Origin: Octopus sinensis
Taxonomy: Eukaryota
Direction: 5' to 3'
Length of the DNA: 64,000 nucleotides
Assembly (NCBI RefSeq): GCF_006345805.1
Contig: NC_043015.1
Coordinates: 52,700,001-52,764,000 of the forward strand
In this document: positions 25,163-39,583 of the stretch, in pieces
How positions within the stretch are numbered: position 1 is the stretch's first letter
How the letters are laid out: the number at the start of each line of letters is the position of its first letter
Notes under the pieces: generated by a model
Told to the model about the DNA's origin: nothing
The model's input: only the letters and a program-made list of their open reading frames with translations
Database searches by the model: none
Made by a program: the position numbers and the translations under genes

Positions 25163-27259
25163 TACACACACACACACACACACATACACACTAATCAAGG
25201 TCACTATTGGGTGAAAGACCAAGTTGACATTACAAAAAATTAAACTCGCAAAGAGACTTAAAATAGTGCAACACATTTCGGTTCGATGCTCTACTGATTT
25301 TGCCATCAATTAACATTAATGTCAATTATCTACATTGACTAAAGACTAGAAATAAGGCTAATTTTTATCCGCATCAGGAAGATTAGGACTGTGTAAAATA
25401 TAATAATTAGACAACATAGACAGCATCTCCCTCACAGCCACCACCACCACCATTACCATCATCATCCACCTAGAGTAAGACTGCTTCTTGCTTCCATTAT
25501 TTCTACAGCCCCTTTCAACTATTATTATCATCATCATCATAATTATTATTAAAAAAAAAAATAAACAAAGATGATGGTGATGATGATGATGATGATGATG
25601 ATGAACGACATGACAAAGAAGGCATGATTTGATCTCAGCTGTTTAGAATAAATAGCCAGGGACCCAATTATAGGTCTTAATTAATCTATCTGCCGCTAAT
25701 TAGCAAGGCTGCCACAGCAAAGATGTGTGCATGTACATGCTCACACACTTATGTACTCGTATATATATATATATATATACATATATATATACATACATAC
25801 ACACACACACATATATATACTTTGGTTTTGTTCAAAGCATTGAAATAATTGGTTTATGATGGCTGTCCATTCTACAACAGGCAACCAGTTCAATTCTCCA
25901 TGGGTAATTTTGTGCCTTCTGTTTCCCCGATCAAGGGATAGATTTAATTAGTTTAAAAAAAAAAAAAAACACCACCACCACCCTATCCAGACACACACAC
26001 TCACATACAAATGATTAAAATGATCTTTCAGTAAATTAAATTAAATCTTTACTCAGTCTACAAGCAAAGTTGGACCTATGATGATAATAATAATAATAAT
26101 AAAACATACCCACGGAGGTATTCTAATGTTATACTATACAACAAAAACAACACACCACATATATATAAATTCAGGCAGTGCCCCAACATGGCCACAGCCC
26201 TCAAGCTGAAACTAGTAAAGGATTATATATAGTTGTAATTTACAGAAAAAGAAAAGACGAAGATGGGTGTATGAACAACCAGGTATGTGTATAAATATAT
26301 ATATATATGCATACATACACATATATATAATTACAAATATGCATAGAGAGAGAGAGAGAGAGCAAAGAGACTGATAGAGAGGGATAGATGCTATGTCAGT
26401 GTGAGAGAGAGAGGATTACTCAAAATTGTAAATATCATCCCCAAAATTACAGTGCTACAAAATTTTCTGCACGAGAGAGATCACGATAGCTATGTGGTTG
26501 CAGGGTGTTAGAAATAGCAGTCAAATCTCAATAAAATCAACTATATTAGGAACCGAAATCAGAACAAAACAAAAAAAAAAAGAAAAAGAAAGCGAAAACA
26601 TAACATTTCGCAATATGGTCCTAAATATGAGATAAAATATGTTGGGTTGGACATGGTTGGAATACCTTTGATCATAGGTTCTTCTCAGTCACAGATAACC
26701 TAGGGCTAACCAAAGATGACAACAAAGAATGAAAAACAACCTGTTGAGATGGAATCTTTTATAGAAACTAAACAACCAGATATGGTTACTTTCAGAAGCT
26801 GAAGATGATGATGATGAAGACGAAGAACAACAACAAAAGGAATGAACAGGTTATACTGGTATACCTGTATGGGGGAGAATTGTTGCAAAAGGCTGTAGCA
26901 GACAGCAAAATTCTCCATCACTTGTAAAAGGTCAAAACAACACACAGACATACACATGTAACCATGCAGACAAGACACAGTGTGTGTATGTGCTTTCCTC
27001 CTTTTGACCCCTTCCTTTATCATACTTTCTCCCAGCCCTACAACTAGAAAACTATAACTCTATACAAAATGTGTTAACCCACATCATTTTACTGGCGACA
27101 ACTTGCCTGAGGATCCTGTGTGCCTACAAGTGAAACTCTGAGTAACAAGAGGCTAGACTTGACCAAAATAAAATACCATTAATCACCTACCACCGTCCTG
27201 AGTACTCTTTTTACCCCAACAGCTAATACTAAACGGAAATACATGTGTGCATGTGTCAG

Positions 27260-27296
<37 letters not shown>

Positions 27297-27299
<3 letters not shown>

Positions 27300-27690
27300 C
27301 AGGAGTGGCTGTGGGGTAATTAGCTTGCTTACAAACTACATGGTTCTGGGTTCAGTCCCACTGCGTGACACCTTAGGCAGGTGTCTTCTACTATAGCTTC
27401 AAGCCAACCAAAGCCTTGTGAGTGGATTTGGTAACCGTCATATGTGTCTATATATATATGTGTGTGTATGTATGTGTGTGTGTGTGTATGTATGTTTGTC
27501 CCCACCCCTATGCCATTGCTTGACAACCAATGTTGGTGAGCTTAGGTACCTATGACTTAGCGGTATGGCAAAAGAGACTGATAGAAAATGTACTAGGCTT
27601 ACAAAGAATAAGTACTGGGGTTGATTTGTTTGACTACAAGCAGTGCTCCAGCATGACCACAGTCAAATGACTGAAACAAATAAAAGAATA
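27297..27690 (+). mobile_element. SINE family B
   Basis: Colinear with 36596-36990 but CpG-decayed. Confidence 0.85.
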
Positions 27691-28551
27691 TATATGTGTG
27701 TGTGTGTGTGCCGAAATTGTTATGATTTTCAACTGACAACAGAAGAAGGGATCAAATAGTGTACCTGTCAGCCGGGGTTGTTATTTTTCCATTTAACTTG
27801 TGTATCCCCTTAACTGTCCAGACTATTTGTATGTGTATATAAATGTATGTTTGCATGTATACACACACAGACTGACAAGGAAAGAGACACACACACACAC
27901 AATGGCAACAGAAGAAAAGCACTCTCTCTCTGCTGAAAGAGCAGTAAGTCCATCATAAACCAGGAAACTGAAACATTTGCATCACAGGAACCCAGCTAAT
28001 GTATTTGTCCTTTGCCAACAACAACCAAAGAATTTCTTGATTAAAATAACAATTATACCCTCAAAAAAAAAAAAAACATCTCTACTCATTCTTTCAAGTA
28101 TATATAATACTATACCAAGAACTTCCTCTTTGATATTCTACACACAAACACACACACACGTGTGTGTGTCTTATTTTGATCAAGTCTGAATTGCCTGTCT
28201 GAATTTCGCCTGAGGGTACAACAGGGATTTTAGGACACAGAGTAGCACGGGACTGGCCAAAATAAAACATTATTGATCTCTGCTACTGTATCGAGTACTC
28301 TTTCTACCAACGATTAGTAGTAACCAACTGTGTGTTTTGTACCATATATACATACATACATACATACATACACTCATAACATATATATATATAGTAAATG
28401 AGCATGGATTACCAACCACTAGTTAACACCGTCACAACTACTACAATGAAATATACATCCAAATAAAATCTTTAATCGGTATGACAAAAAAAAACTTTTT
28501 TGTTTGTCCAGAAAACCAGCAAAACATTTGCCAAGTTTCGGGTTAGAGTAT

Positions 28552-28599
<48 letters not shown>

Positions 28600-28725
28600 T
28601 GTATGTATTTTACAAAATCAATAAAGATCTCTGTAAAATGAAGGACCCTGAGAAGTAATGGGGCAGGAAACAAATATCTAAACCAATTCTAGTATTTTAC
28701 TAATTATTTAATATGAAGGCTAATT

Positions 28726-28891
28726 TACCGTATATTAACATAAGAAACCCTTTTCTTTTTTTCTCAAAAATTAGGCTAAAAATTATGGGAGTTTTTTTAT
28801 ACATGGATAGTATAATAATCTCTTACGAACCCTTTTTAAGAAATTTTAAGGGCCCAAAATGAAGATTCCTTATACACGTTAAAATAAGGTA
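28726..28891. mobile_element. Degraded pogo/Tigger-like MITE
   Basis: TACCGTATATT...AAAATAAGGTA imperfect inverted ends with ATAAG/CTTAT subterminal motifs. Confidence 0.4.
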
Positions 28892-29353
28892 GTTGTATTT
28901 TGTTCTTAAGTTAGAAAAAAAAAACACAGATGGACAGTCAGATAGATACTGCTACGGCAAGAACTAACTACAGACGTACATACATACACACTGTTGCTGC
29001 TAGTACTGTTTATGATATAATACAAGAGACAGGCAGATCAACCTCAGGACAACATTGGTATGGTACCAACTACGAACAAGATGAACATATAACAATCGTT
29101 GTAAAAGATTAGCAACAAGGTAGGGGTGATTTAATAAATAAAATTCCAATATATATATATATAACTTCCTGTTAGCTCATCTTGTGTGTGTGTATGCAAA
29201 CAAATATGTGTATTATGATTATAGAATGTGTGTACACACACACACATACATACATACATACATATATATACACATATATAGATATATATATATATACATA
29301 TATAAAATTCCAGATGATTACATACAGACACAAATACACTGTATATATGTGCT

Positions 29354-29384
<31 letters not shown>

Positions 29385-29746
29385 ATGTGTGCAAACACTT
29401 AAATAAAAGACCAACTATGCCAGAATTTAGGGGGGGAAATATGACCAGTTTTTGCAGCTATCATTTAATTTAAGCCCAAGGTCAACTCGGGTCTCCCAAA
29501 CATTCTAGTCGTGACCATCCCAACTTGTCGCATCGACTAAATGATACTAACCAATATATACATACATATCTAATATCCTTTATTACCAGCTAGAGTGTTG
29601 GCTGTTATTTCTAGCCGGTCGAGGGACTCCGTAAAGACTACCACATCAGGTAAGTCATTTAGGATTAACTGAAATGACTTGTTACAGTAGAATTACTAGT
29701 TATTTACACAGCTGGACGTTGTGTGTGTGTGTTTATGTCGTATATA

Positions 29747-30146
29747 TCTATATATATAAAAGTGAAGTTGTGTGAGTATCTGTCTCCTACGATTTAGATT
29801 CCTAACTACTCCCACATTTTGCGGTGCAGTGTAACCAAAACCGGGTATCTTATAGTCGTGATTCATATCGAGCCCTTCTGGGTATTAGCACGCGTCTACG
29901 ATGAGTCTACGATTTAAAAAATAATTTACCATCATTTTTTTCCATTTTGATGCATTTTTTCGCTATTATATAAGGGTAGTAACTCTCTAAAAATGTCTAC
30001 GATGAGTCAACGATTTAAAAAAAAAATTACCATCATTTTTTTCCCATTTTTAATGCAGTTTTTTGCTATTTTTTGGCTATAACTCTAAAAATGCTTATAT
30101 AGTTATTTCCCTTACAAACCCGAGCAACGCCGGGCGATACTGCTAG
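29747..30146 (+). mobile_element. Non-autonomous Helitron (about 400 bp)
   Basis: Begins TC after an A and ends CTAG before a T. A GC-rich hairpin CCCGAGCAACGCCGGG (30119-30134) lies just upstream of the end. There is no TSD. An internal duplication of period about 101 bp starts at 29894 and 29995. Confidence 0.88.
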
Positions 30147-30397
30147 TATATATATATATATATATATATATATGTAGGTAGGTAGGTAGCAGCGGTATAC
30201 TTTGGTCGATGGTCGCCGACGGAATCAGAATCCAACTAGAAAAAGGAAGGCGACAAATGCCAAAGCGGAAGTGCGCATTACATTTATTTTGTTTCATAGT
30301 TTCGTTACCATGACATTCTGGGATTCAACAACACCTAACCCCTTAGAAGGACTGACCTTGTGCATTCTATTCATAACGAAGTAAGGGCAAATTTTAA

Positions 30398-30627
30398 CCA
30401 TTTACACTACGTCTTGTAAGACGGGTGTAATGTAGGGTCGGCAGAAGACTTTAGAAATAGCTATTATGAAGAAGGAAAATTGCAAGGAGTTCTTTCATTC
30501 TGTGAAAGAATTTTTTTATTCCAAATATATATTTTTTTTTTTTTTACAACCAATTCTGTGCGATTTTCCGGTGAGTTTTAAATATATGCATTCTACCCGT
30601 TTCACGAGACGAGTGAGGTGTAACAGT
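30398..30627. mobile_element. Degraded MITE with subterminal inverted repeats
   Basis: CACTACGTCTTGTAAGACGGGTGTAATG is mirrored by CATTCTACCCGTTTCACGAGACGAGTG. Confidence 0.5.
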
Positions 30628-31479
30628 AAAAAAAAAAAAAATTAAGTTACTTTATGAATAGCATTATGACATGGATAAAAAAAAATCAAAAAAAACTTCC
30701 AGCGAGAATCGAACCGGATTTGAACTCGCGAACTTAAGGCAAGTTAGTTTTTCATGTCAATCATCAACACCGTAAAAGGGATGAAGATGTGTATGTAATT
30801 TAGTGTCATGGAATTCATACGGAAGCAATCTCGAAAATTAACTACCTGAATAGGGTAACATCTCCACGCTCGATCAATCAACATGCTAGAAAGTGCAGCA
30901 AATATCCCTCATAACATATTTTCTCTCTAAAAAAAAAAAAAAGTAGGGATGTCACATAATTGAATAATTAAGTTCTAAATACATGTATGTCTGGAAAAAA
31001 AATACGGAATGGTTACGGTTGGAAAGGCCTTTGATCTCAGTACAGTCTTTTTGTTTGATCAATGTTAGCCGGGGACTAATTTTTTAATAATCTTTATTAT
31101 AGCATTCAATACAACAGTAAAACATTATATATCGTTGATATTAACTGTTTAATGAGAAAAATTAATATTTGAAATGTGTGTGTGTGTTATTAAAAACTAC
31201 AACCAACATTTTTATCCAAGTAGAGAAGTTTTCGTTGTCCAAAATTATAGGTGCAAGAGTTTAAAGGGAAACAGAATGAGCGAATTTCGGGGCTAATTTT
31301 ACCCTCCGAGTCATTTGTCTGGCACAAGTACCAATTATTTAAGTAATTATGATGATGATGATTGTTTTCATTAACCACTAAATGATTGACGAAAAGATTA
31401 AGGGCAGAACAGAACGATTTGGTGTTGAATTACATTTTTAAAAAAAGCCGTGTAAACGAGAGGTATAATAACAAAAGCA

Positions 31480-31890
31480 ACAACAAAAATTCAGAGGAGA
31501 ATCCCCAAAAGTGGGATGAGACCACAGAGGGGTACTTGTAGAAACCTCACAAAACCACAATCACCTTGTCCACAAAGGCAAGCACCTCCTCCAAGCTGTC
31601 ATCTAATCAACAGGTATATACTAGAAATAGGCCTATTCATTCGAACTATGTTCACCTCTTTCATCCACCTGTTCACTTCTGTCATTCGCCTTTCAATAAA
31701 GTTTACCGGACGACATCACTTGCTTTATCTACACATATTTTCCTTTTCAAGTGAAACTTGAGAAAGTTGGTCAAAGAATTAGTTGTCTTCATCCTTTCGA
31801 ATTTTATTTACGACAACCTCTTTCGCCAAGGCCACCATCACGCGGATAAAACACTGCCTGCCCTTCCTGACCAACGGAAAGTAACGACTA
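31480..31890 (-). mobile_element. Decayed L1/Tx1-like LINE 3' end
   Basis: Minus-strand broken frames give CFIRVMVALAKEVV, LTNFLKFHLKRKI and NFIERR..RWMKEVNIVRMN, resembling the ORF2 C-terminus of Tx1-like LINEs. A T-rich 3' UTR follows. Confidence 0.5.
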
Positions 31891-34800
31891 ATAATGATAA
31901 TATATTTAATCATAATACTTTAGTATTACGATTACATCATGGCACGTTTGTAACTGTTGTTTGCTCATCCGCTGAGGTTCACCCACCTAAGTTTGAATCT
32001 CACCCTTGTCGCCAATGTATTAATTCTTTTTAAAAAATGCATACTAGAGCTTCAACATTCTAATTTCTCCTTAATCTTGCTTGAAGATGGTTCCCACTGT
32101 CAGTTAAATGCACCTTTTTTTAAAAAAAAAAAAAACCTTCTCTGCATAGGTAACTAACACTGGAGTTGTTTCGTCTTGTTTCCATGTTCTTGTAGGCGCA
32201 ATAGTAACATTCGAACACAAGTGTGTTCGAGTGTTACGCTAAAGAGCTTGATAGAAGCTTTAACATTAGAAAACAAAATTAAGGGGTTATGCTTAGGAAT
32301 GTGAATGTAGACCTAGTCGCAATCATTAACATAACGGAAGAGCGTTATGAATGGCTATAAATTTATTATACATTATTCTAATAAAACGTAGAATTTGCAC
32401 GGGGCCCCCGCTTGTAATGAATAATTTCGCCGTTAGTTTTTCAAAATTCTGTTACCATGATAGATACAGGTACAAAGGCTATTCTTTTTGACAGGGTGGA
32501 GAAAAGAAGGGGCCTTGTCACGTTAACAGGCGGTTCAAGAGGTACGTCAATGGCATGTAAAGTATGGGTTGATAGCACTAAGCAATGATGTGTGTGTGTG
32601 TGTGTGTGTATTATATTATATACAAACTTGTTATCAGTTCATATATACTCGAGGCATATTTGAACAGGTAACAAGTTTGCATTAATGGTATACGACTCAC
32701 CGGTCTAGAAGGACCTCAGAGTCACAGGGTAACTGCCCCTTACATAAAACACAGCAAGTAATTTTTAAAAATTATGCACAATATAACGTTGTTTAAACTT
32801 AAGTCAGTCTACGAACAAGAGTTGAATTAATCAGTACAAAAGATTATGTACATGATGTTAGGACGGTGCAGGTTTCTTCATTTATTTACGAACTTATAAA
32901 TAAATTTCACGAAAAAAGACGAAGACAGGTGGTGTAGAAAACAAACAGATATATTAGTATAACGCTCGGGAATTGAAAAAGTCTAACGTTTCTGCATAAA
33001 GGAATATGGTTTGGGAATCCTGGAAGGTACCTTATTAGCACTCTGATACAATCCAGATCTGGTTAATCACACCGAACGATAGGGAATATAAAGAATTGTT
33101 TAAGATAAATCAACTGTACTTCATTCGACAGGTAAATCCCGAGTTTGCTTCATTGGGTTTTCATTACAGCATACGAAAGCCCTTCTCGGGGCAAAGGCTC
33201 ATAAGCCCGGTCTGCCGAATTCTAAGGCATATATATCACCGCCTGGTCGCCGGATTACTCGTTTTTGCTCAAGAGCACAGCGCATTGCCCGGTCCAGGTA
33301 TCGAAACCACATTCTCACGATCATGAGTGCAACACGCCGACCACTAAACCTCGCGCTCCCACTGTATATGTACACACACACACACAAACATACGGTGGTG
33401 GATCTCCGTCGTTAGTCGATGAGGATTCAGTTGTTCGATCAACAGAATTACCTGCCCCTGAATTAATGTATAAGTGGCTGAATACTCCGCAAACACATGT
33501 ATCCTTAATTCTCAGAATGCACACAACTGGCTTCGGAACAGTTTCCGCCAACCCAGTCTCATTCACAAGGGTATATATAATAAAAGCAAATGACATCTGA
33601 CCAAGATGTTCCGCCGTGGGATCGAACCAGAGCCCCCGTGGTCTGGAAGTGAACTTCTTAACCATTCGGACCCTACATCAGATAGATAGATAGAAAGATA
33701 GATAGATAGAGCTTTATGATGTATGCATTTTTGTGTATATATGTACGAATATTTGCATATATATATATATGTCTATCAGCTTGTCACGTTTTCGAATGTT
33801 ACGTTAACATGCAGCAATCGACTATGGAACGGAATCGAAGACAATATCGAAATCTATAAATTTTATAAATGAATATAAAAATAATATCACTTATAAAAGC
33901 ATTTAATTTCCATAACATTGAAGGGGGTTCATAGATATATAAATAACGTTATATGTCTTTAAGTTTAAAAACCATTGAAATACGAGATATTTTCTTCCAT
34001 ATAAAATATTTCTTCAAAAGAATATGTTTATACTTATGGTTTTTTTTTCTCAAAGACTGGCCAAAAACATCGATTTTGAAAACATTTTCAATATTTTTTT
34101 GAGAGTGAGGTGGAGGGTAGGTACTTGTATTTTTCCTTCTCGTTTTTCTTTCATCCTAATAAATTTTGTAAGTGATTTTGTTAATAATTGCTAAATGCTA
34201 TGTAATTTTATATAAATAAAATTCAAAACACATGTACATCTATCTATCTATTTATATATATATACACAAATATACAAGCACAGGTAAATAGATATGTATA
34301 TATATGCATACTTAATCATACATATATATATATATATTATATACACGCACAGACACGTGTACCTACGTACGTACGTATGTACCTATGTATGTGGACAATA
34401 GTGAGGATCGAGTCAACTCTTTATCTTTAATGTCTCAGTTAGTTCGACAATGCTACTATCGAGGTTGTGAGAGAGAGAGAGAAAAAACAGAAGCACGGCT
34501 CGGTGTGCTTAGGGGCATCTGTTGGCCTTAATCTAACCTTAACTACGATCAAAAACATTCCACTGATGCCTCCCTCGTCTTTTATTTCGCACAAACTATA
34601 ATATATCTTAGGACTACATTATCTAATGTGTCCTTCCCGCTCTCTCGGTTTTTATGCTTCCTATTTAAAAGCAGTCAGCATTTGAGAATAATTTGGCTGT
34701 TATTTCTAACAGATTGTGCGACTATATTCTGGCTGGTGTGCTCGTATGTTTACTTAAATTATTCATTAAACGAAAAATAATCCTTAATTATTTATATTTC

Positions 34801-36595
34801 TATCAATTATGTAGATATGGGCAGTTGGTTCTGAAGGTGTACAATATTTAAACAAGCTAAACTACAAATATACATTATAGGAAATGCAACAATAGGAAAA
34901 TAATAGCCAACAGTTTTTTTTTTTTTTTTTAAATGAGGATTTCAGATGATTATAAATTATCCCTATTCGCATGGAGGATTAATTCCAAGTAAAACTACGT
35001 TGGAAATTTAATCAAATACTTTTCGTAAATGTGGCTTTTATTCAGCTCCGTATAGAAAAGCCAGATCTATGATTACGATTTCGCCATCACATATTAAGAA
35101 AAAAGAAAGCATATATATATATGTGTGTGTGTATATATATTTGTGTGAGTGGTGTGTATTTAAATGTATGTATGTATACGACCATCTTAAAATAGAATGA
35201 TGAAATAAACACAAAATTCATATATATATGTGGAGAGGAAAATAACCACAGATCAAACCTGATCGAGGTGTCGCTATGACGAAAAACAAAAAAAAAGACA
35301 ATTGCCCTTCCACTACGACAATCCGGTCTTTCATTTCAGACATAGTTTATCTAGGAATACATCATTAAATGAGATCTTTATTTTATTTAGATTAGAGCTT
35401 GCGTGATTTGAGAGAAAATTAGCTGTTCTTTCAAGCAAACAGAACGACCAGGATTTAAAGGTTCCCTCTGTCTTTCACTGACTCGGAAGCAAAACAGTTT
35501 CAATTAATGGCAGCAGGTGGATGTGATGACAGGTAAAACGGAAGGGAGGACAATTTGGTGTGTGTATATGCGTGTATATATATTTATACATACATATACA
35601 CAAACATAAGATTACTTATTTTAATATACACACATCACACACATCTTTTTCTATCTATCTATATATATATATATCCCTAGAAAAAACTCGAGTATCGTTA
35701 TTAATAATAAAATAATATGAATTCTAACGAGAATCTGAATAATTAATAATAATGTTACTAATGACAAAAATAGGTATAATAATTATGTTGATAAGTTGTG
35801 GTGATGGTGGTGGTGGTGGAGGTCGCTTTGCGCGTCACGAACGTAATTAATTGCAAAAATACGAAACAGAGCAGAGAAGACAAAACCATGAGAGAGCAAG
35901 GGGAGGGGGGTAGAAAGAAACTCGGAGTAGCGACGCAAAACCACCAGCAAACCAAGTGCTCCAGCATGGCCTCAGCTATATTGGAAAATAAAGCAAGACT
36001 TGCATCCGTAACACAGAGAATTAATATAATATTAATAAGAATACGACGACGATGATGATGATGATGATGACAATAATAAATCCCTGTTGGTTTATCACAC
36101 CAAGACAGGAATGGATATTGTCAATGGTTTTAACGATCTTAAGGTGTCTAGGTTAGAGGGAAGAGAGAAGAGAATACAGTTGCCATGACTACAGAGTCTG
36201 CTAGAGAATATGCCAGTAGTGGTAATGGTAGCGGTGGCGGCAATAGTAATGGTAGTAGCAGCAGCAGCAGAGAAGGTTGTAGTAACAGCAGCAGCAACGG
36301 CAGCAGCAGCAGGCAGTTTCTGTAGCCATGGAAATAGTGGGGCAGTGTTTTTGGAGTACCATTGTGTATGTGTCGTTATAGTAGTGTGTGTGTGAGCATG
36401 TGTGTATGTATTTAGTATAACGTCTATGTAAGTTTGCGGGCGAAAAAGTGTACGTCGATGCAATGTATGTATGATGGCGAATTGTGCGTGTGTGTGTGTG
36501 CATGAATGTATGCGCGTGTATATTTTACTAAAAAGTGTGTATACATGTAACTATCAGTGTATCGTTTAGAATAAAGTGGTGCACACAGACACAAA

Positions 36596-36990
36596 CAGGA
36601 GTTGCTGTGTGGTAAATAGCTTGCTTACCAACCACATGGTTCCGGGTTCATTCCCGGAACCATGCGTGGCACCTTGGGCAAGTGTTATCTACTATAGCCT
36701 TGGGCCGACCAAAGCCTTATGAGTGGATTTGGTAGAGGGAAACTAAAAAGAAGCCCGTCGTATATGCGTGAATATATATTTGTGTGACTGTGTTTGCCCC
36801 CCCACCCACCCGACATTCCTTGACAACCGATGCTGGTGTGTTTACGTCCCCGTAACTTAGCGGTTCGGCAAAAGAGAACCGATAGAATAAGTACTAGGCT
36901 TACAAAGAATAAGTCCTGGGGTCGATTTGCTCGACTAAAGGCGGTGCTCCCGCATGGCCACAGTCAAATGACTGAAACAAGTAAAAGAGT
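36596..36990 (+). mobile_element. tRNA-derived SINE family B, full length
   Basis: Head with GTGTGGTAA and GGTTCA boxes, CORE-like CCTTGGGCAAGTG, an internal microsatellite, and 3' end CAAATGACTGAAACAAGTAAAAGAG. Confidence 0.85.
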
Positions 36991-37309
36991 ATATATATAT
37001 ATATAAATGTATATATACACGCACGCGTACACGTTAACGTGAGCCTAGTGTGTGTGTAAATGTACGCGAATGTATGAATACAAGAGCTTTCAGTGTAGCT
37101 TAGGGCTTGCGAGTGATGTGTGTGTTAGGAAGAAAAAACAGACAGTGCATGTGTGTGTCCGTGTGTATGCAATTAAAAACGTTAGCGAGAATGGGTTTGT
37201 GTTATTATATACAAGTGTGTATGTTTATATTGTTGGGCGTGGAAGTACGTACATACAAACATATTTAGTATGCGTCAGAGTAGATGTATGTAAAGTGGTT
37301 AACGGGTGT

Positions 37310-37600
37310 GTATACATATATATATAAAAACATACATACACATTCACATATATATATATATATATAAACATACATACACATTCACATATATATATATATA
37401 TATAAACATACATACACATTCACATATATATATATATATAAACATACATACACATTCACATATATATATATATATAAACATACATACACATTCACATATA
37501 TATATATATAAACATCCAAACACATTCACAATATATATATATATATATAAACATACATTCACATAATATATATATCGATTATAATAAACATACATACATT

Positions 37601-37643
<43 letters not shown>

Positions 37644-37673
37644 TACATACATACACATTCACATATATATATA

Positions 37674-37715
<42 letters not shown>

Positions 37716-37728
37716 AACATACACATTC

Positions 37729-37769
<41 letters not shown>

Positions 37770-37930
37770 ATACATACACATTATCATGGGAAACATGTAT
37801 TTTTGTGGTTGAAACCTTTTGGATTAACTGGTGCTAGAGTGAGCCATATAGTGACCACTCTCTTATATTTATTTTATATTATATATATATATATAAACAT
37901 ACATACACATTATATATATACATATATATA
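37310..37930. repeat. Compound minisatellite [AAACATACATACACATTCACA(TA)n]
   Basis: Roughly a dozen units with variable TA runs. Confidence 0.9.
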
Positions 37931-38432
37931 TATATATAATATATATATATATATATCATATATATGTTTGTATGTATGTATGATATTTATTTATTCACAT
38001 GATTGTGAGTTGTGTGTGTTTAAGGAAAGTATGTCAGTCGGAGTGGGTGTGAGATTGTGAGAACACTGTATGGCCGTGTGTGAATTTCTTATACATGTAC
38101 GTGCATGTGGTGGATGGGAGTATATACAGTTGTGAGAAAGTTTCGGTGAGAAGCGAGTGTAAGGTTGTACAATATATATACACATATTACGAAAATGTGT
38201 CACCATGTGAAAATTACAGGGTGTATACGTATATGTGTGTGTTTGTGTGCATGAGTGCGTTTGAGAGTGTGTTAGTAATTTTTTTTCTTTTTGTGGGTTG
38301 GGGGCAGGAGAGCAGGTTTACTCGAAGCAGATAAAGCTATCAATAGCGAATAAACGTTGAGTTAATATATCCTTTCGATAGAAAATGGTGGGGTCACACT
38401 AGAGCTCGACCCCTCTCCCATTAATATATATA

Positions 38433-38473
<41 letters not shown>

Positions 38474-38651
38474 ATAATAAATATTAGGGGATAAATCCAA
38501 ATTTACAGGGAAAAAATCAGATTTAGGATTAAATCCAATTTTATAGTTAAATATTATATATATATATATATAGTATGTATATATGTATGTATGTATTTAT
38601 AAACACATATGTATGTATGTATATAAACATATATGGATAAGTAAATGTGAA

Positions 38652-39025
38652 TGTGTGGTAAGAAGCTTGCTTCCAACCACATGGTTCCGTGTTCAGTTCC
38701 ACTGCGTGGCACCATGGCCAAGTGTCTTCAACTATAGCCTCGGGACGACCAAAACCTTGAGTGGATTTGGTAGACGGAAACTGAAAGAAGCCCGTCGTGT
38801 ATATGTATGTGTGTATATATATATATATATTTGTGTGAGCGTCTTTCTCAACCCACCAGCGCTTGACATCGATATTGGTGCACTTATGTCCCCGTAACAT
38901 AGCGGTTCGTCATAATTGACCGATTAAATAAGTACAGGGCTTATCAAAGAATAAGGCACGTTGTCGATTTGTTCGACTAAAGGCGCTGCTCCAGCATGAC
39001 CGCAGTAAATGACTGAAACAAGAGA
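38652..39025 (+). mobile_element. SINE family B
   Basis: Colinear with 36596-36990. Confidence 0.85.
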
Positions 39026-39583
39026 ACATACACACACACACATACATTAATGTGCATAAACAATAAAACACGAGAAACAAAAATATATACATTCCCTTTA
39101 TTCATACGCACTCGTGCTGGGCTCCATTATATTATCATGAGTTCAAATTCCGCACAGGGGTCGATCGAATAGAATGGCCCCTCCTTCCAATTTTTCAAGC
39201 TAAAAGGATCGTTATCATCATTTTGTCATAATCATTCTATTATTTAATTAATTAAAAATATTTACGACTCTGCACGTCTTTAAGTTTCATCACCAACCCT
39301 TCGAAAATAAACATTATGTATATATATATACTGTATATCTACACACACGTGTGTGTGTGTGTATGTATGTATGTGACATGTATGTATGCATGTATGTGGC
39401 AGGGCCACACCCTGAATAAAAAATCAATAGTAAGCTACACGTAATTAGCAATGTGTATACATGAGAGAGGGAAACACACGCACGTGTGTGTGGGTGAAAT
39501 CATGCGGGTATATTGCGCGCGATTTCATCGGCGATTAAGAAGGACAATGTCCTAACAAGTCGGTGTGTGTGTGTATGTGTACT

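Noticed and set aside
29647-29655. Consensus splice donor CAG/GTAAGT
   Set aside because: Sits at the end of an old repeat with no supportable upstream exon. Such matches occur by chance.
30804-30825. TGTCATGGAATT resembling the miR-281 5' end
   Set aside because: The 3' half does not match and there is no complementary arm.
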